Under the pieces are notes generated by a model, which made no database searches, had not been told where the DNA came from, and saw only the letters and a list, made by a program, of their open reading frames with translations. Positions 1 through 7,917 of a DNA stretch of 39,052 nucleotides are shown in pieces. The first letter of the stretch is position 1. Every line of letters starts with the position of its first letter. The DNA lies in contig JALWRR010000186.1 in assembly GCA_026993975.1 (NCBI GenBank), forward strand, positions 1 to 39,052, read 5' to 3'. Source of the DNA: Promethearchaeati archaeon. Its GTDB lineage: Archaea > Asgardarchaeota > Njordarchaeia > Njordarchaeales > Njordarchaeaceae. Made by a program: the position numbers and the translations under genes.

Positions 1-106
1 TCTTGTGGCTGGTTTTGGCTAGCATACATATGTATTACTAGCCGAGCCCCCCTAAAAACCTATCCATAGACCAAGTCAATAAAAGACAGAAATAGTGCGG
101 GCATTC
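1..106. mobile_element. Possible partial or degenerate copy of the MITE-like element seen intact at 37216..37434 (right terminus only)
   Basis: 89..106 GAAATAGTGCGGGCATTC is 18/18 identical to 37416..37433. The interior (1..88) aligns only weakly by eye. An imperfect palindrome GGCTAGCATACAT/ATGTATTACTAGCC lies at 17..43. The left part would lie outside the window. Confidence 0.3.
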
Positions 107-136
107 TATTGAATAGAAAAATTTTTAAAATAAAGG

Positions 137-154
137 AATATTAATCTTAATATT
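137..154. promoter_or_regulatory. Perfect AT-only palindrome AATATTAA-TC-TTAATATT about 30 nt upstream of ATG 184, in the TATA/operator position
   Basis: Read directly: the 8-bp arms are exact reverse complements with a 2-nt spacer. It sits where a TATA box or repressor site would lie for a leaderless or short-leader transcript. Confidence 0.3.
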
Positions 155-183
155 ACAAAAATAATTGTAAAATAGTGATTGAA

Positions 184-723
184 ATGCCTAGATGGGGAAG
201 AGGAAGAAGAGGAAGAGGAATGGGCTGGGGAAACGGAAATTGGTTCGGCGCTGGAGGCTGGTGGGGTAATGGGTGGCCTAGAGGTTACTGCAGGTGGTAC
301 TACTGGCAGAACTACATGAATCAGAACTCAATAAGTACTCCTCAAACCCCGAACCCAGTGATTCAAAGTAATCTAATTTATTGGCCTAGAGGTGGAGGAT
401 GGTGGTGGAATTATCCCCCTGGTTGGAACTATAATTTCAATTACGGTAATCAACCAACCATGATTCAACCTATTCAGACATCGACAGAGTCAATCGAAGA
501 GGTTAAGAAAAGGGCGAGGGAAATGCTTAAGAAGGCGATTACTGGTTCGATGTATCCTGGCTCAATGAATGCAACGATACTATATAATGGTAATGTGATT
601 GGTTACTTGTGGGATAATGTTCCTCTCGACAAATTAGATTTCGGTCAAATATCTAATAATGGTGGTAAATGGTATATTCCTTTAATATATGAGAACCGTA
701 TTGTTGGTTACTTACTGATATGA
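184..723 (+). CDS. Hypothetical protein with a Trp/Gly/Arg/Asn/Tyr-rich low-complexity N-terminal ~95 aa (DUF5320-like MPRxGRG...GYC start) and a ~85-aa globular C-terminal domain
   Basis: The ORF track gives 175..723 from a GTG; the ATG at 184 (MPRWGRG...) is the more likely start. A 180-codon open frame is unlikely by chance in stop-rich AT-rich DNA. Its stop overlaps the next gene (ATGA at 720..723). The DUF5320 resemblance is from memory of that family's N-terminal consensus. Confidence 0.6.
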   Translation: MPRWGRGRRGRGMGWGNGNWFGAGGWWGNGWPRGYCRWYYWQNYMNQNSISTPQTPNPVIQSNLIYWPRGGGWWWNYPPGWNYNFNYGNQPTMIQPIQTSTESIEEVKKRAREMLKKAITGSMYPGSMNATILYNGNVIGYLWDNVPLDKLDFGQISNNGGKWYIPLIYENRIVGYLLI

Positions 724-734
724 GGTGGAGAAAT

Positions 735-1070
735 ATGAGGGTTGCTGTAGCAATAGAAATGAATAATGGTTGGAATTCGCCTATAGCGTATAGATTTGCT
801 AGAGCACCATTCTTCGCGATAATTGATTATAACGGGCCAACACCAACACTACAAATAATTCAGAATCCGCATGCTTTCGGTAGAGGAGGAATAGGTCCCT
901 TAGTAGCGCAATGGCTTGCTAGCATGGGAGTTAATGTCGTTATTGGGCCTCAAGTTGGCCCAAATGCTTCGGCTGCATTAGCTAGCTTTGGAATACAAGT
1001 TAGACTTGCTCCTCCAGGAACGCCTTTAAGAGACGCCTTGATTTCTCAAGGATTCGCTACTGGAACCTAG
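735..1070 (+). CDS. NifX/NifB-C-terminal-like small protein (dinitrogenase iron-molybdenum cofactor biosynthesis domain family)
   Basis: MRVAVAIE...YRFARAPFFAIIDY...IIQNP...GIGPLVAQWLASMGVNVVIGPQVGPNASAALASFGIQV matches the remembered PF02579-type pattern (beta1, FGRAPyF-ivd, N, then a..L...GV.vvI...iGp.A...L...GI.V). The ORF track start is 720; ATG 735 is preceded by GGTGGAG (724..730) and is the more likely start. Confidence 0.75.
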   Translation: MRVAVAIEMNNGWNSPIAYRFARAPFFAIIDYNGPTPTLQIIQNPHAFGRGGIGPLVAQWLASMGVNVVIGPQVGPNASAALASFGIQVRLAPPGTPLRDALISQGFATGT

Positions 1071-2443
1071 GTTTCCAGCTTCTCTAATATTAATTTAATT
1101 TTATTAACGATTTCTCTTGGATTTCTAGCTAGGATTCTCACCATTGGTTCCTTTCCAATATCTCCTTCATCATAAATTATGTCTGGGACGTAACCTAGAT
1201 CTTGTATAACTTGTTTTACACCCCATGGTAAGGTTTTCCCCTCTCTTTCTTTTATTTTTTCTGGTTCTTTTTTCCGACTAAACTTACCTACACTTAAACC
1301 AGCTTTCTCTGCAACCCTAATTACTTCTCTGGAATACTTAATGTTTATCGCTGCTCGTATTTCTGGATCAAATTCATTAGCGGAAATAACTATATTAGCT
1401 ACATGTTTCGAGGCACCGAACCAAGGTCTACTTAGAGCCAGTAACTCTTCGCCATCAGTAGTTATCCTACCTGGGAATCCAGCTACATCCAAGTGATCTC
1501 CTGGTTCGGGTAATGAATAAACGAAATTTATTCTGGTCTCTGGCACCAGCTTTACTATGTCTCGAATACCTTTAAGCTCCCTATATGCCTCCCATAAATC
1601 AAGAAGTACTCTAAATCTCTCGCTCTCTCTATATAATGTGGATAGTGGATTGATTATCTTGATTCCTTCACCAACATTTAAAGCACTTTTAATACCTAAA
1701 TAAACTAATCTCTTAGCCCTATTAACTGCATCTACAATATTATTGCCAAGCGCTAAGTATCCCGCGATTGCTGCTGATAAGCTGCATCCAGTTCCGTGCA
1801 CTTCACCTATTTTTATTCTAGGTAATTTATACAGATAATAATCTTCTTTATAATATAATATATCTATACTATAGCTATCCTCAATATGTCCACCCTTAAT
1901 AAGCACGCTTTCTGGACCATATTCGCTCAGTTTTCTTGCTGCTTTCTTAGCGTCACTTATTGAATCTATATTGATGCCTGTTAATTTTTCAGCTTCCTCC
2001 TTATTTGGAGTGATTAACGTTGTTATTGGGATTAAGCGTTTTATTAATTCTGTTATTGCTTCATCACTACTTATTAGTTTGTAGCCCGTGGTGGAAAGGA
2101 TTACTGGATCTAGTACTATAGGTATTTTATCTAGATTACTTAATTCATCGCTTAAAACCCTAATGTTCTCTCGACTATAAATCACCCCTATCTTAATAGC
2201 TCTCACCGATAAGTCATCAATAACAGATTTCAATTGCTTTCTAACGAATTCGGGTTCAATGGGATAGATATCGTAGATTCCCTTAGTGTTCTGAGCGGTT
2301 AAAGCTGTTAATACGAAAGCACCATGAACACCTATCGCGGAGAAAGTTTTTAGATCGGCAGCTATTCCAGCTCCACCACTAGGATCCGATCCAGCAATCG
2401 AGAGAACGGTTATCGCCTTCGATTTCGGGTTGATCCAAACCAT
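1067..2443 (-). CDS. thiDN: Bifunctional hydroxymethylpyrimidine/phosphomethylpyrimidine kinase (ThiD) fused to thiamine-phosphate synthase ThiN (archaeal ThiDN)
   Basis: The N-terminal half carries ThiD signatures (LSIAGSDPSGGAGIAADLKTF, HGTGCSLSAAIAG). The C-terminal ~190 aa is the ThiN-type domain, and this fusion is typical of archaea. The gene is divergent from thi4. Confidence 0.85.
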   Translation of the reverse strand: MVWINPKSKAITVLSIAGSDPSGGAGIAADLKTFSAIGVHGAFVLTALTAQNTKGIYDIYPIEPEFVRKQLKSVIDDLSVRAIKIGVIYSRENIRVLSDELSNLDKIPIVLDPVILSTTGYKLISSDEAITELIKRLIPITTLITPNKEEAEKLTGINIDSISDAKKAARKLSEYGPESVLIKGGHIEDSYSIDILYYKEDYYLYKLPRIKIGEVHGTGCSLSAAIAGYLALGNNIVDAVNRAKRLVYLGIKSALNVGEGIKIINPLSTLYRESERFRVLLDLWEAYRELKGIRDIVKLVPETRINFVYSLPEPGDHLDVAGFPGRITTDGEELLALSRPWFGASKHVANIVISANEFDPEIRAAINIKYSREVIRVAEKAGLSVGKFSRKKEPEKIKEREGKTLPWGVKQVIQDLGYVPDIIYDEGDIGKEPMVRILARNPREIVNKIKLILEKLET

Positions 2444-2557
2444 GTCTCATCACTATTCACTAACACTAATCTTTTCAGATGCCATATATCATTTATTAAA
2501 ATAATTAAGATTCGTGATAATATTCTAGATACACATTATTTCATTCGGTGTCCTGTA

Positions 2558-3343
2558 ATGAGTGTTTCTTTTGATGAGAGGGATATAACTAGAGCAATTA
2601 TTAAGTATGCCTCTCAAGACTTAATTGATTTAACGGATGTGGATGTTGTTATTGTTGGTGCCGGTCCCTCCGGATTAACAGCTGGTTATTACTTAAGTAA
2701 AAAAGGGTTTAAGACATTGATTCTTGAGCGGAGACTTTCTCTTGGGGGTGGCATAGGCGGCGGAGGAATGCTTTTCCATAGGATCGTGGTAGCGAAGAAT
2801 GCTAAGGATATTCTAGATGAAATAGGTTGTAAATATGATATATATGACGAGAATATATCATTACTAGTAACGAGTACCTCGGAGCTCATGATTAAGCTTG
2901 GTTTCTCAGCGATCAATAATGGTGCTAAATTACTGTTCGGTATAAGTGTTGAAGACGTTATTTATAGGGATAATCCCTCGAGGATAACAGGAGTAGTCAC
3001 TCAGTGGTCAGCAGTTCAGTTATCTGGATTGCATGTCGATCCATTAATGATTAAGGCTAGAGCAGTTATTGATGCTACAGGACATGATGCAGAAATAATA
3101 AGCATTGTTGCTAAAAAGATAAAGGAACTTGGAATGAGTGTGCCTGGAGAAAAATCAATGTACGCTTCTAAAGGAGAAGAAGTTCTTGTTGAGAAGACTG
3201 GAAAAATCATTGATGGATTATATGCTACGGGAATGGCTGTAGCAGCTTACTATAATTTACCAAGGATGGGACCTATATTCAGTTCAATGCTATTATCTGG
3301 TAAGAGAGTGGCTGAAATAGTTTCATCAGATCTATCTAAGTGA
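2558..3343 (+). CDS. thi4: Thiazole synthase Thi4 (archaeal thiamine thiazole biosynthesis enzyme)
   Basis: It has a Rossmann motif VIVGAGPSGL, then LGGGIGGGGMLF, DATGHDA and PRMGPIFSSMLLSGK motifs characteristic of Thi4/THI1. GGTG lies 8 nt upstream of the ATG. Confidence 0.9.
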   Translation: MSVSFDERDITRAIIKYASQDLIDLTDVDVVIVGAGPSGLTAGYYLSKKGFKTLILERRLSLGGGIGGGGMLFHRIVVAKNAKDILDEIGCKYDIYDENISLLVTSTSELMIKLGFSAINNGAKLLFGISVEDVIYRDNPSRITGVVTQWSAVQLSGLHVDPLMIKARAVIDATGHDAEIISIVAKKIKELGMSVPGEKSMYASKGEEVLVEKTGKIIDGLYATGMAVAAYYNLPRMGPIFSSMLLSGKRVAEIVSSDLSK

Positions 3344-3355
3344 TGTTCTTTACAA

Positions 3356-3364
3356 TTTATTTTT
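3356..3364 (+). terminator. Oligo-T tract (TTTATTTTT) just downstream of the thi4 stop; candidate archaeal intrinsic terminator
   Basis: The T-run lies 13 nt after the stop codon. Archaeal RNA polymerase terminates at oligo-T tracts. Confidence 0.35.
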
Positions 3365-3483
3365 AATAAAATGAATCAAGCATTAACATATAATTGGAAA
3401 AAATAATTAAAATATCTTTCACGATTAATAACCAATATTTAAATTAAATTTCGTCATACTTACATATAAAACATCTGTAGGTC

Positions 3484-4488
3484 TTGTATATGGCTGGTAT
3501 GGGCCGTTATCTAGTTAGAAGAGCTATAACCTTCATCCCAACTGTATTTGGTGTATTATTTATAACATTCACGATAGCTTTCCTAATGCCCGCTAATCCT
3601 GCTAGAGTATGGGCTGGTGGTCAGAAAGCTAGCCCAGAGGTTGTACAGAGAATTAGGAGGATGTATCATCTTGATGAACCATTCTGGTCTCAGTTCTATT
3701 ACTTTACTAAAGCGATATTAACTAACAGTATTTATTCGCCAGTCACTCATAATCTCGTGTCAGAGGAATTTATGAGACGAATACCTATAACGCTTAACCT
3801 AGCTATAATGGCTATGTTCATGATTGTTGTTATGGGTATCCCAATGGGTATAATAGCTGCTTTAAAGAAGGATACAGCTATAGATAATGCTGTTAGAGTT
3901 CTAGCTCTAATTGGTTACAGTACTCCGAGTTTTTGGATAGCATTTATATTCATGTGGGTATTCTACAATGAGCTAGGATGGATGACTCTAGTTGGTTTAC
4001 CTAGGCCTTCTCAAATGATTACTGGGATCTATCTAGTTGATGCTTTACTCTTGGGTGAATGGAAGACATTCATAGATATTAATAGGAGATTACTGTTACC
4101 AGCATTCATATTAGCGTTTATATCTGTTGGTGGGTTAGCGAGATATGTTAGGAATACAATGCTGGATGTATTATCAGCAGACTTCATATTGTTCGCTCAA
4201 GCGAAGGGATTACCACCATTCAGATTATGGCGTCACGCGCTCAAGAACTCACTGATACCCGTCATAACTGTCGTATTCTTCATGTTCGGTGGCTTAATGA
4301 GCGGAGCTATTATCACTGAGACGGTATTTGGTATACCTGGACTAGGAGTACTTTATTACTCAGCTATAGCTAATCTTGATATTCCCGTAATAGTGTTATC
4401 TACTCTATATGCTGGATTAATAATAGTTGTAATTAGTTTGATTGTAGATATCTTATACGCCTTGATAGATCCTAGAGTAAGATTGTAG
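3484..4488 (+). CDS. ABC transporter permease, Dpp/Opp/Nik (peptide/nickel) family, DppB-like
   Basis: It has an RYLVRRAITFIPT N-terminus, six predicted TMs, the conserved permease loop FAQAKGLPPFRLWRHALKNSLIP and a C-terminal LIDPRVRL. The track start is TTG 3484; ATG 3490 or 3499 are alternatives. Confidence 0.85.
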   Translation: MYMAGMGRYLVRRAITFIPTVFGVLFITFTIAFLMPANPARVWAGGQKASPEVVQRIRRMYHLDEPFWSQFYYFTKAILTNSIYSPVTHNLVSEEFMRRIPITLNLAIMAMFMIVVMGIPMGIIAALKKDTAIDNAVRVLALIGYSTPSFWIAFIFMWVFYNELGWMTLVGLPRPSQMITGIYLVDALLLGEWKTFIDINRRLLLPAFILAFISVGGLARYVRNTMLDVLSADFILFAQAKGLPPFRLWRHALKNSLIPVITVVFFMFGGLMSGAIITETVFGIPGLGVLYYSAIANLDIPVIVLSTLYAGLIIVVISLIVDILYALIDPRVRL

Positions 4489-4506
4489 AGTATTGGGTGA
4501 AAAGAT

Positions 4507-5931
4507 TTGGGTATTCTATGGATAAAATTTTCCAAGAAACTTGATTTCGTTACAGATAAGCTAGTAGATGTATACGCCAAGTTTAGGGATTTTTTCGCTC
4601 CAGGATGGATCGATAAGAATAGGTCAAGGATAGACGAGTTAAAACTAATGCTGAGAGCATTTAATAGATCACCACTAGGAGTGTTCGGTTTCATACTAAT
4701 AGTATTCTTCTTCTTTCTAGGGATCTTTGGACCAATGATAGCTCCAGAACCATACTGGGAATTATTTAGATACCCCAGAAACATGCCCCCTGGATGGATG
4801 GGACACGTATTCGGTACTGATCACTATGGCAGAGATCTATTATCAATAATGCTTTGGGGAGCTAGAGTATCCCTCGTTATTGGGTTATTAGTTGTCGCAC
4901 TAGGAGTACCTCTAGGAATAATACTCGGCTTGATCGCTGCGTATTATGGTGGAGCTGTAGACGAGATAATCATGAGGATCGTAGATATATTCTACGCGTT
5001 CCCAGCTTTAATGCTAGCTATAGCTATGGCGGCTGTATTACCCACCACGATATCAAGCTTTCTATACAAGGTACCGATACTAGAAGCATTCTTCACAACG
5101 CTTTTCGGTATCAGGTTATATGACTCTGGAAACCTTGGTCCAATGCTAGCAGTAATTCTAGCGATGGTTATAGTTTGGTGGCCAGGATACACGAGAATGA
5201 TAAGGGCAGTAGCTTTATCTGAGAAAGAGAAAGTTTATGTTGAAGATGCAAAAGCTCTCGGATTATCAGATTTCCAAATAATGTTCAAGCACATATTACC
5301 AAACTTATCATCAATAATCCTCGTAATGGTAACGATTGATTTAGGATCAATAATAATTCTGGAAGCAGCATTATCCTTCCTCGGCCTCGGTGCACAACCA
5401 CCCATAGCTGAGATCGGTAGATTAGTGAGTGATGGTAGACAGTACTGGCCTGATAAGTGGTGGCTAGTAATTATTCCAGGTACCTTCCTGTTCATTGTTG
5501 GTTTGGGTTGGAACTTGCTTGGGGATGTGCTTAGGGATGTTCTAGATCCTAGAACGAGGAGGAGTATAGAGTTCGGTTTGAAGGAGAGGCCAGTTTACTT
5601 TTATGATATTATTGGTTTAATAGGCGACTTACTACTGATCGGTGGTTTCATTTACATTGTTCTTGTTCCAGTTGATGTTCCAGGAGCATTCCTTATGTCT
5701 GGACCATTGATTATAGCGTTTATTCTCTGGAAGGGTTTAGATTCCATAGGAATATTAAGGAAGTTTAGGATAGGTAAGATCCTCGGGGTAATTACTTATT
5801 ATGGAACATACTTATTAATAACTCCATACTTATTGCCAGGAGCATTCAATGGTTTCTTAATAACATTAGCTGGTCTAATCATAAAAATGATTAGAGATGA
5901 ACTAGAAACAATGAGGAGTGGAGCTGAATGA
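4507..5931 (+). CDS. ABC transporter permease, Dpp/Opp/Nik family, DppC-like, with a ~120-aa extra C-terminal membrane extension
   Basis: It shows an OppC-type N-terminal TM (PLGVFGFILIVFFFFLGIFGPMIAP), the motifs GTDHYGRD and EDAKALGLSDFQIMFKHILPN, and the canonical end LGDVLRDVLDPRTRR at aa 338-352. A further 122 hydrophobic residues follow. The start is TTG, with no in-frame ATG nearby. An ATGA overlap links it to the next gene. Confidence 0.8.
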   Translation: MGILWIKFSKKLDFVTDKLVDVYAKFRDFFAPGWIDKNRSRIDELKLMLRAFNRSPLGVFGFILIVFFFFLGIFGPMIAPEPYWELFRYPRNMPPGWMGHVFGTDHYGRDLLSIMLWGARVSLVIGLLVVALGVPLGIILGLIAAYYGGAVDEIIMRIVDIFYAFPALMLAIAMAAVLPTTISSFLYKVPILEAFFTTLFGIRLYDSGNLGPMLAVILAMVIVWWPGYTRMIRAVALSEKEKVYVEDAKALGLSDFQIMFKHILPNLSSIILVMVTIDLGSIIILEAALSFLGLGAQPPIAEIGRLVSDGRQYWPDKWWLVIIPGTFLFIVGLGWNLLGDVLRDVLDPRTRRSIEFGLKERPVYFYDIIGLIGDLLLIGGFIYIVLVPVDVPGAFLMSGPLIIAFILWKGLDSIGILRKFRIGKILGVITYYGTYLLITPYLLPGAFNGFLITLAGLIIKMIRDELETMRSGAE

Positions 5932-6938
5932 GTAATAAGGAAATAATATTAAGTATAAGGGACTTATATGTCAATTTCTATACCTACGCTGGAGTAGTAA
6001 AAGCAATTAACGGGGTAAATCTAGATATCTATAAGGGCGAGGTATTCGGGCTAGTAGGCGAAACGGGATGCGGAAAGAGCGTGACGAGTAGAGCTATAAC
6101 AAGACTAATACCTCCACCTGGAAGAATAGAGAAAGGAGAGATATTGTATAAGAGGAATTCAGAGTATGTTGATCTACTGAAGCTTCCTGAGGATGAGATA
6201 AGGAAAATAAGGGGTGATGAGATATCATATATCTTTCAGGACCCAACAAGCTCCCTAGATCCATTATATACGAGTGGTTACCAAATCGCTGAAACAATGG
6301 TTGTTCACGATAGAGCTGAGTGGAATGAAGCATGGAAAAAAGCTGTTGAGTTACTTAAAGAGACATTGATCCCTGATCCAGAGAGCAGAGTTAAGAACTA
6401 TCCGCACGAAATGTCTGGTGGAATGCGACAGAGAATCGTTATAAGTATCGCGTTATCAAATGATCCAAAATTGCTCATTGCTGATGAACCAACAACAAAC
6501 GTTGACGTGACTGTTCAAGCGGAGTTAATGGATCTATTAAGGGAGTTGCAAAGAAAGAAAGGTACAACGATCCTCCTGATAACTCATCACATGGGATTAA
6601 TAGCTGAGATGACTGATAGGGTGGGCGTGATGTACGCTGGAAACTTAGTTGAAATAGCGCCAGTAGATGAAATTTTCGCTGAACCACTACACCCATACAC
6701 TAAAGGCTTACTAGCAGCTGTCCCGAACCCATTACAGAAGATAGATAAATTAGTACCAATCAAAGGTAGCGTACCTAACCTGATTTACCCACCAAGTGGC
6801 TGTAGATTCCATCCAAGATGCCCATTTGCAATGCCTATATGTAAAGAGAAGAGACCTCCAAGAATAGAGATCAAGCCTGGACACTATGTTGAGTGCTGGT
6901 TATATGCTGAAGAAGTAAAGAAGAAAGGTGAGAGTTGA
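5928..6938 (+). CDS. ABC transporter ATP-binding protein, DppD/OppD-like
   Basis: It has Walker A GETGCGKS, signature MSGGMRQR, Walker B LLIADEPTT and H-loop ITHH. The C-terminal oligopeptide-ATPase region carries [15 protein letters not shown]...VECW. Confidence 0.9.
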   Translation: MSNKEIILSIRDLYVNFYTYAGVVKAINGVNLDIYKGEVFGLVGETGCGKSVTSRAITRLIPPPGRIEKGEILYKRNSEYVDLLKLPEDEIRKIRGDEISYIFQDPTSSLDPLYTSGYQIAETMVVHDRAEWNEAWKKAVELLKETLIPDPESRVKNYPHEMSGGMRQRIVISIALSNDPKLLIADEPTTNVDVTVQAELMDLLRELQRKKGTTILLITHHMGLIAEMTDRVGVMYAGNLVEIAPVDEIFAEPLHPYTKGLLAAVPNPLQKIDKLVPIKGSVPNLIYPPSGCRFHPRCPFAMPICKEKRPPRIEIKPGHYVECWLYAEEVKKKGES

Positions 6939-6939
6939 A

Positions 6940-7908
6940 ATGAGTAATAACGTAATGGTGGAGGTAAGGAACCTAAAGAAGTATTTCCCAGTTAGACGAT
7001 TCCTCCTCTCGAAAGATTACGTTAAGGCAGTAGACGGAGTCAGCTTCCAGATAAAGAAGGGAGAGTGCCTAGGTCTAGTAGGTGAATCTGGATCAGGTAA
7101 AACAACTCTTGGTAGAGTAATACTCAGGTTAATTCCACCAACATCTGGAGAGATCCTTTACAAGGGTAAACCAGTAACAAAGATGAAGGGTGAAGAGCTA
7201 AAAGAGTTTAGGAAGAGCGCTCAAATGGTTTTCCAGGACCCGTATTCATCACTGGATCCAAGAATGACTGTTTTTCAATCAATAATTGAGGGGCCCAGAA
7301 TACATGGAATAGATGTAGGTAACCCGGAGGAATTCGTTACTAGATTGCTTGAAACGGTCGGTTTAAAACCAGAGCACTTATACAGGTACCCACACGAGTT
7401 CTCTGGAGGACAGAAGCAGAGGATAGCTATAGCGAGAGCCCTAGCTATGAATCCAGAATTCATGGTTCTGGATGAACCGACCAGCGCGCTAGATGTTAGC
7501 GTTCAGGCAAGCATACTTAATATGCTCAAGGAACTCCAAGCTAAGTTCGGTTTAACATATCTCTTTATTTCCCATGACCTAGCTGTTGTAAAGTATATGA
7601 GTCATAGAATAGCAACAATGTATGTTGGTAGGATAGTTGAGGTAGCTGATTCAGAGGAATTATTCCTTAATCCTCTACATCCATACACACAGATGCTTCT
7701 AGCTTCAATCCCGATACCTGATCCTAAAATAGCTAAAAATAAACCAAAGATTAAAATTACTGGAGAACCTCCATCCCCAATCAGGCTACCTCAAGGCTGT
7801 AAATTCTATCCAAGATGTCCATTCGCTATGCCTATATGTAAGATTAAGGAACCACCCCTAATCAAAGTAGGTAATAATCACGAGGTGGCTTGCTGGTTAT
7901 ATGAATAG
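6940..7908 (+). CDS. ABC transporter ATP-binding protein, DppF/OppF-like
   Basis: It has Walker A GESGSGKT, signature FSGGQKQR, Walker B MVLDEPTS and H-loop ISHD, plus a C-terminal [15 protein letters not shown]...ACW. The track start is GTG 6928; ATG 6940 follows GGTGAG at the right spacing. Confidence 0.9.
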   Translation: MSNNVMVEVRNLKKYFPVRRFLLSKDYVKAVDGVSFQIKKGECLGLVGESGSGKTTLGRVILRLIPPTSGEILYKGKPVTKMKGEELKEFRKSAQMVFQDPYSSLDPRMTVFQSIIEGPRIHGIDVGNPEEFVTRLLETVGLKPEHLYRYPHEFSGGQKQRIAIARALAMNPEFMVLDEPTSALDVSVQASILNMLKELQAKFGLTYLFISHDLAVVKYMSHRIATMYVGRIVEVADSEELFLNPLHPYTQMLLASIPIPDPKIAKNKPKIKITGEPPSPIRLPQGCKFYPRCPFAMPICKIKEPPLIKVGNNHEVACWLYE

Positions 7909-7917
7909 GTGAATGGC

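Noticed and set aside
17-43. Hairpin GGCTAGCATACAT/ATGTATTACTAGCC as a tRNA fragment or attachment site
   Set aside because: It has no cloverleaf context, no T-loop (GTTCRA) and no anticodon-arm-like partner. It is more simply an internal palindrome of the repeat-element remnant.
2444-2557. Possible TPP riboswitch upstream of thi4 or thiDN
   Set aside because: The region is only 114 bp and is shared by two divergent promoters. The leader after the TATA-like box is about 25 nt, and I see none of the conserved TPP-aptamer elements such as CUGAGA or the pyrimidine-sensor helix.
2689-3210. Two minus-strand ORFs (2689..2916, 3016..3210) inside thi4
   Set aside because: These are antisense shadow ORFs within a confidently identified gene. 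Their products are low-complexity (PPPPMPPP) or have odd composition.
4356-5495. Minus-strand ORFs 4356..4784, 4992..5192 and 5235..5495
   Set aside because: These are antisense to the Dpp permease genes, which have clear family motifs. The sequences are not protein-like.
6790-7900. Cysteine motifs GC(R/K)F(H/Y)[10 protein letters not shown]...CW at the C-termini of both Opp-type ATPases as a novel metal site
   Set aside because: This Cys pattern is a general feature of the OppD/OppF C-terminal region in this ATPase subfamily, so it is not specific to this locus.
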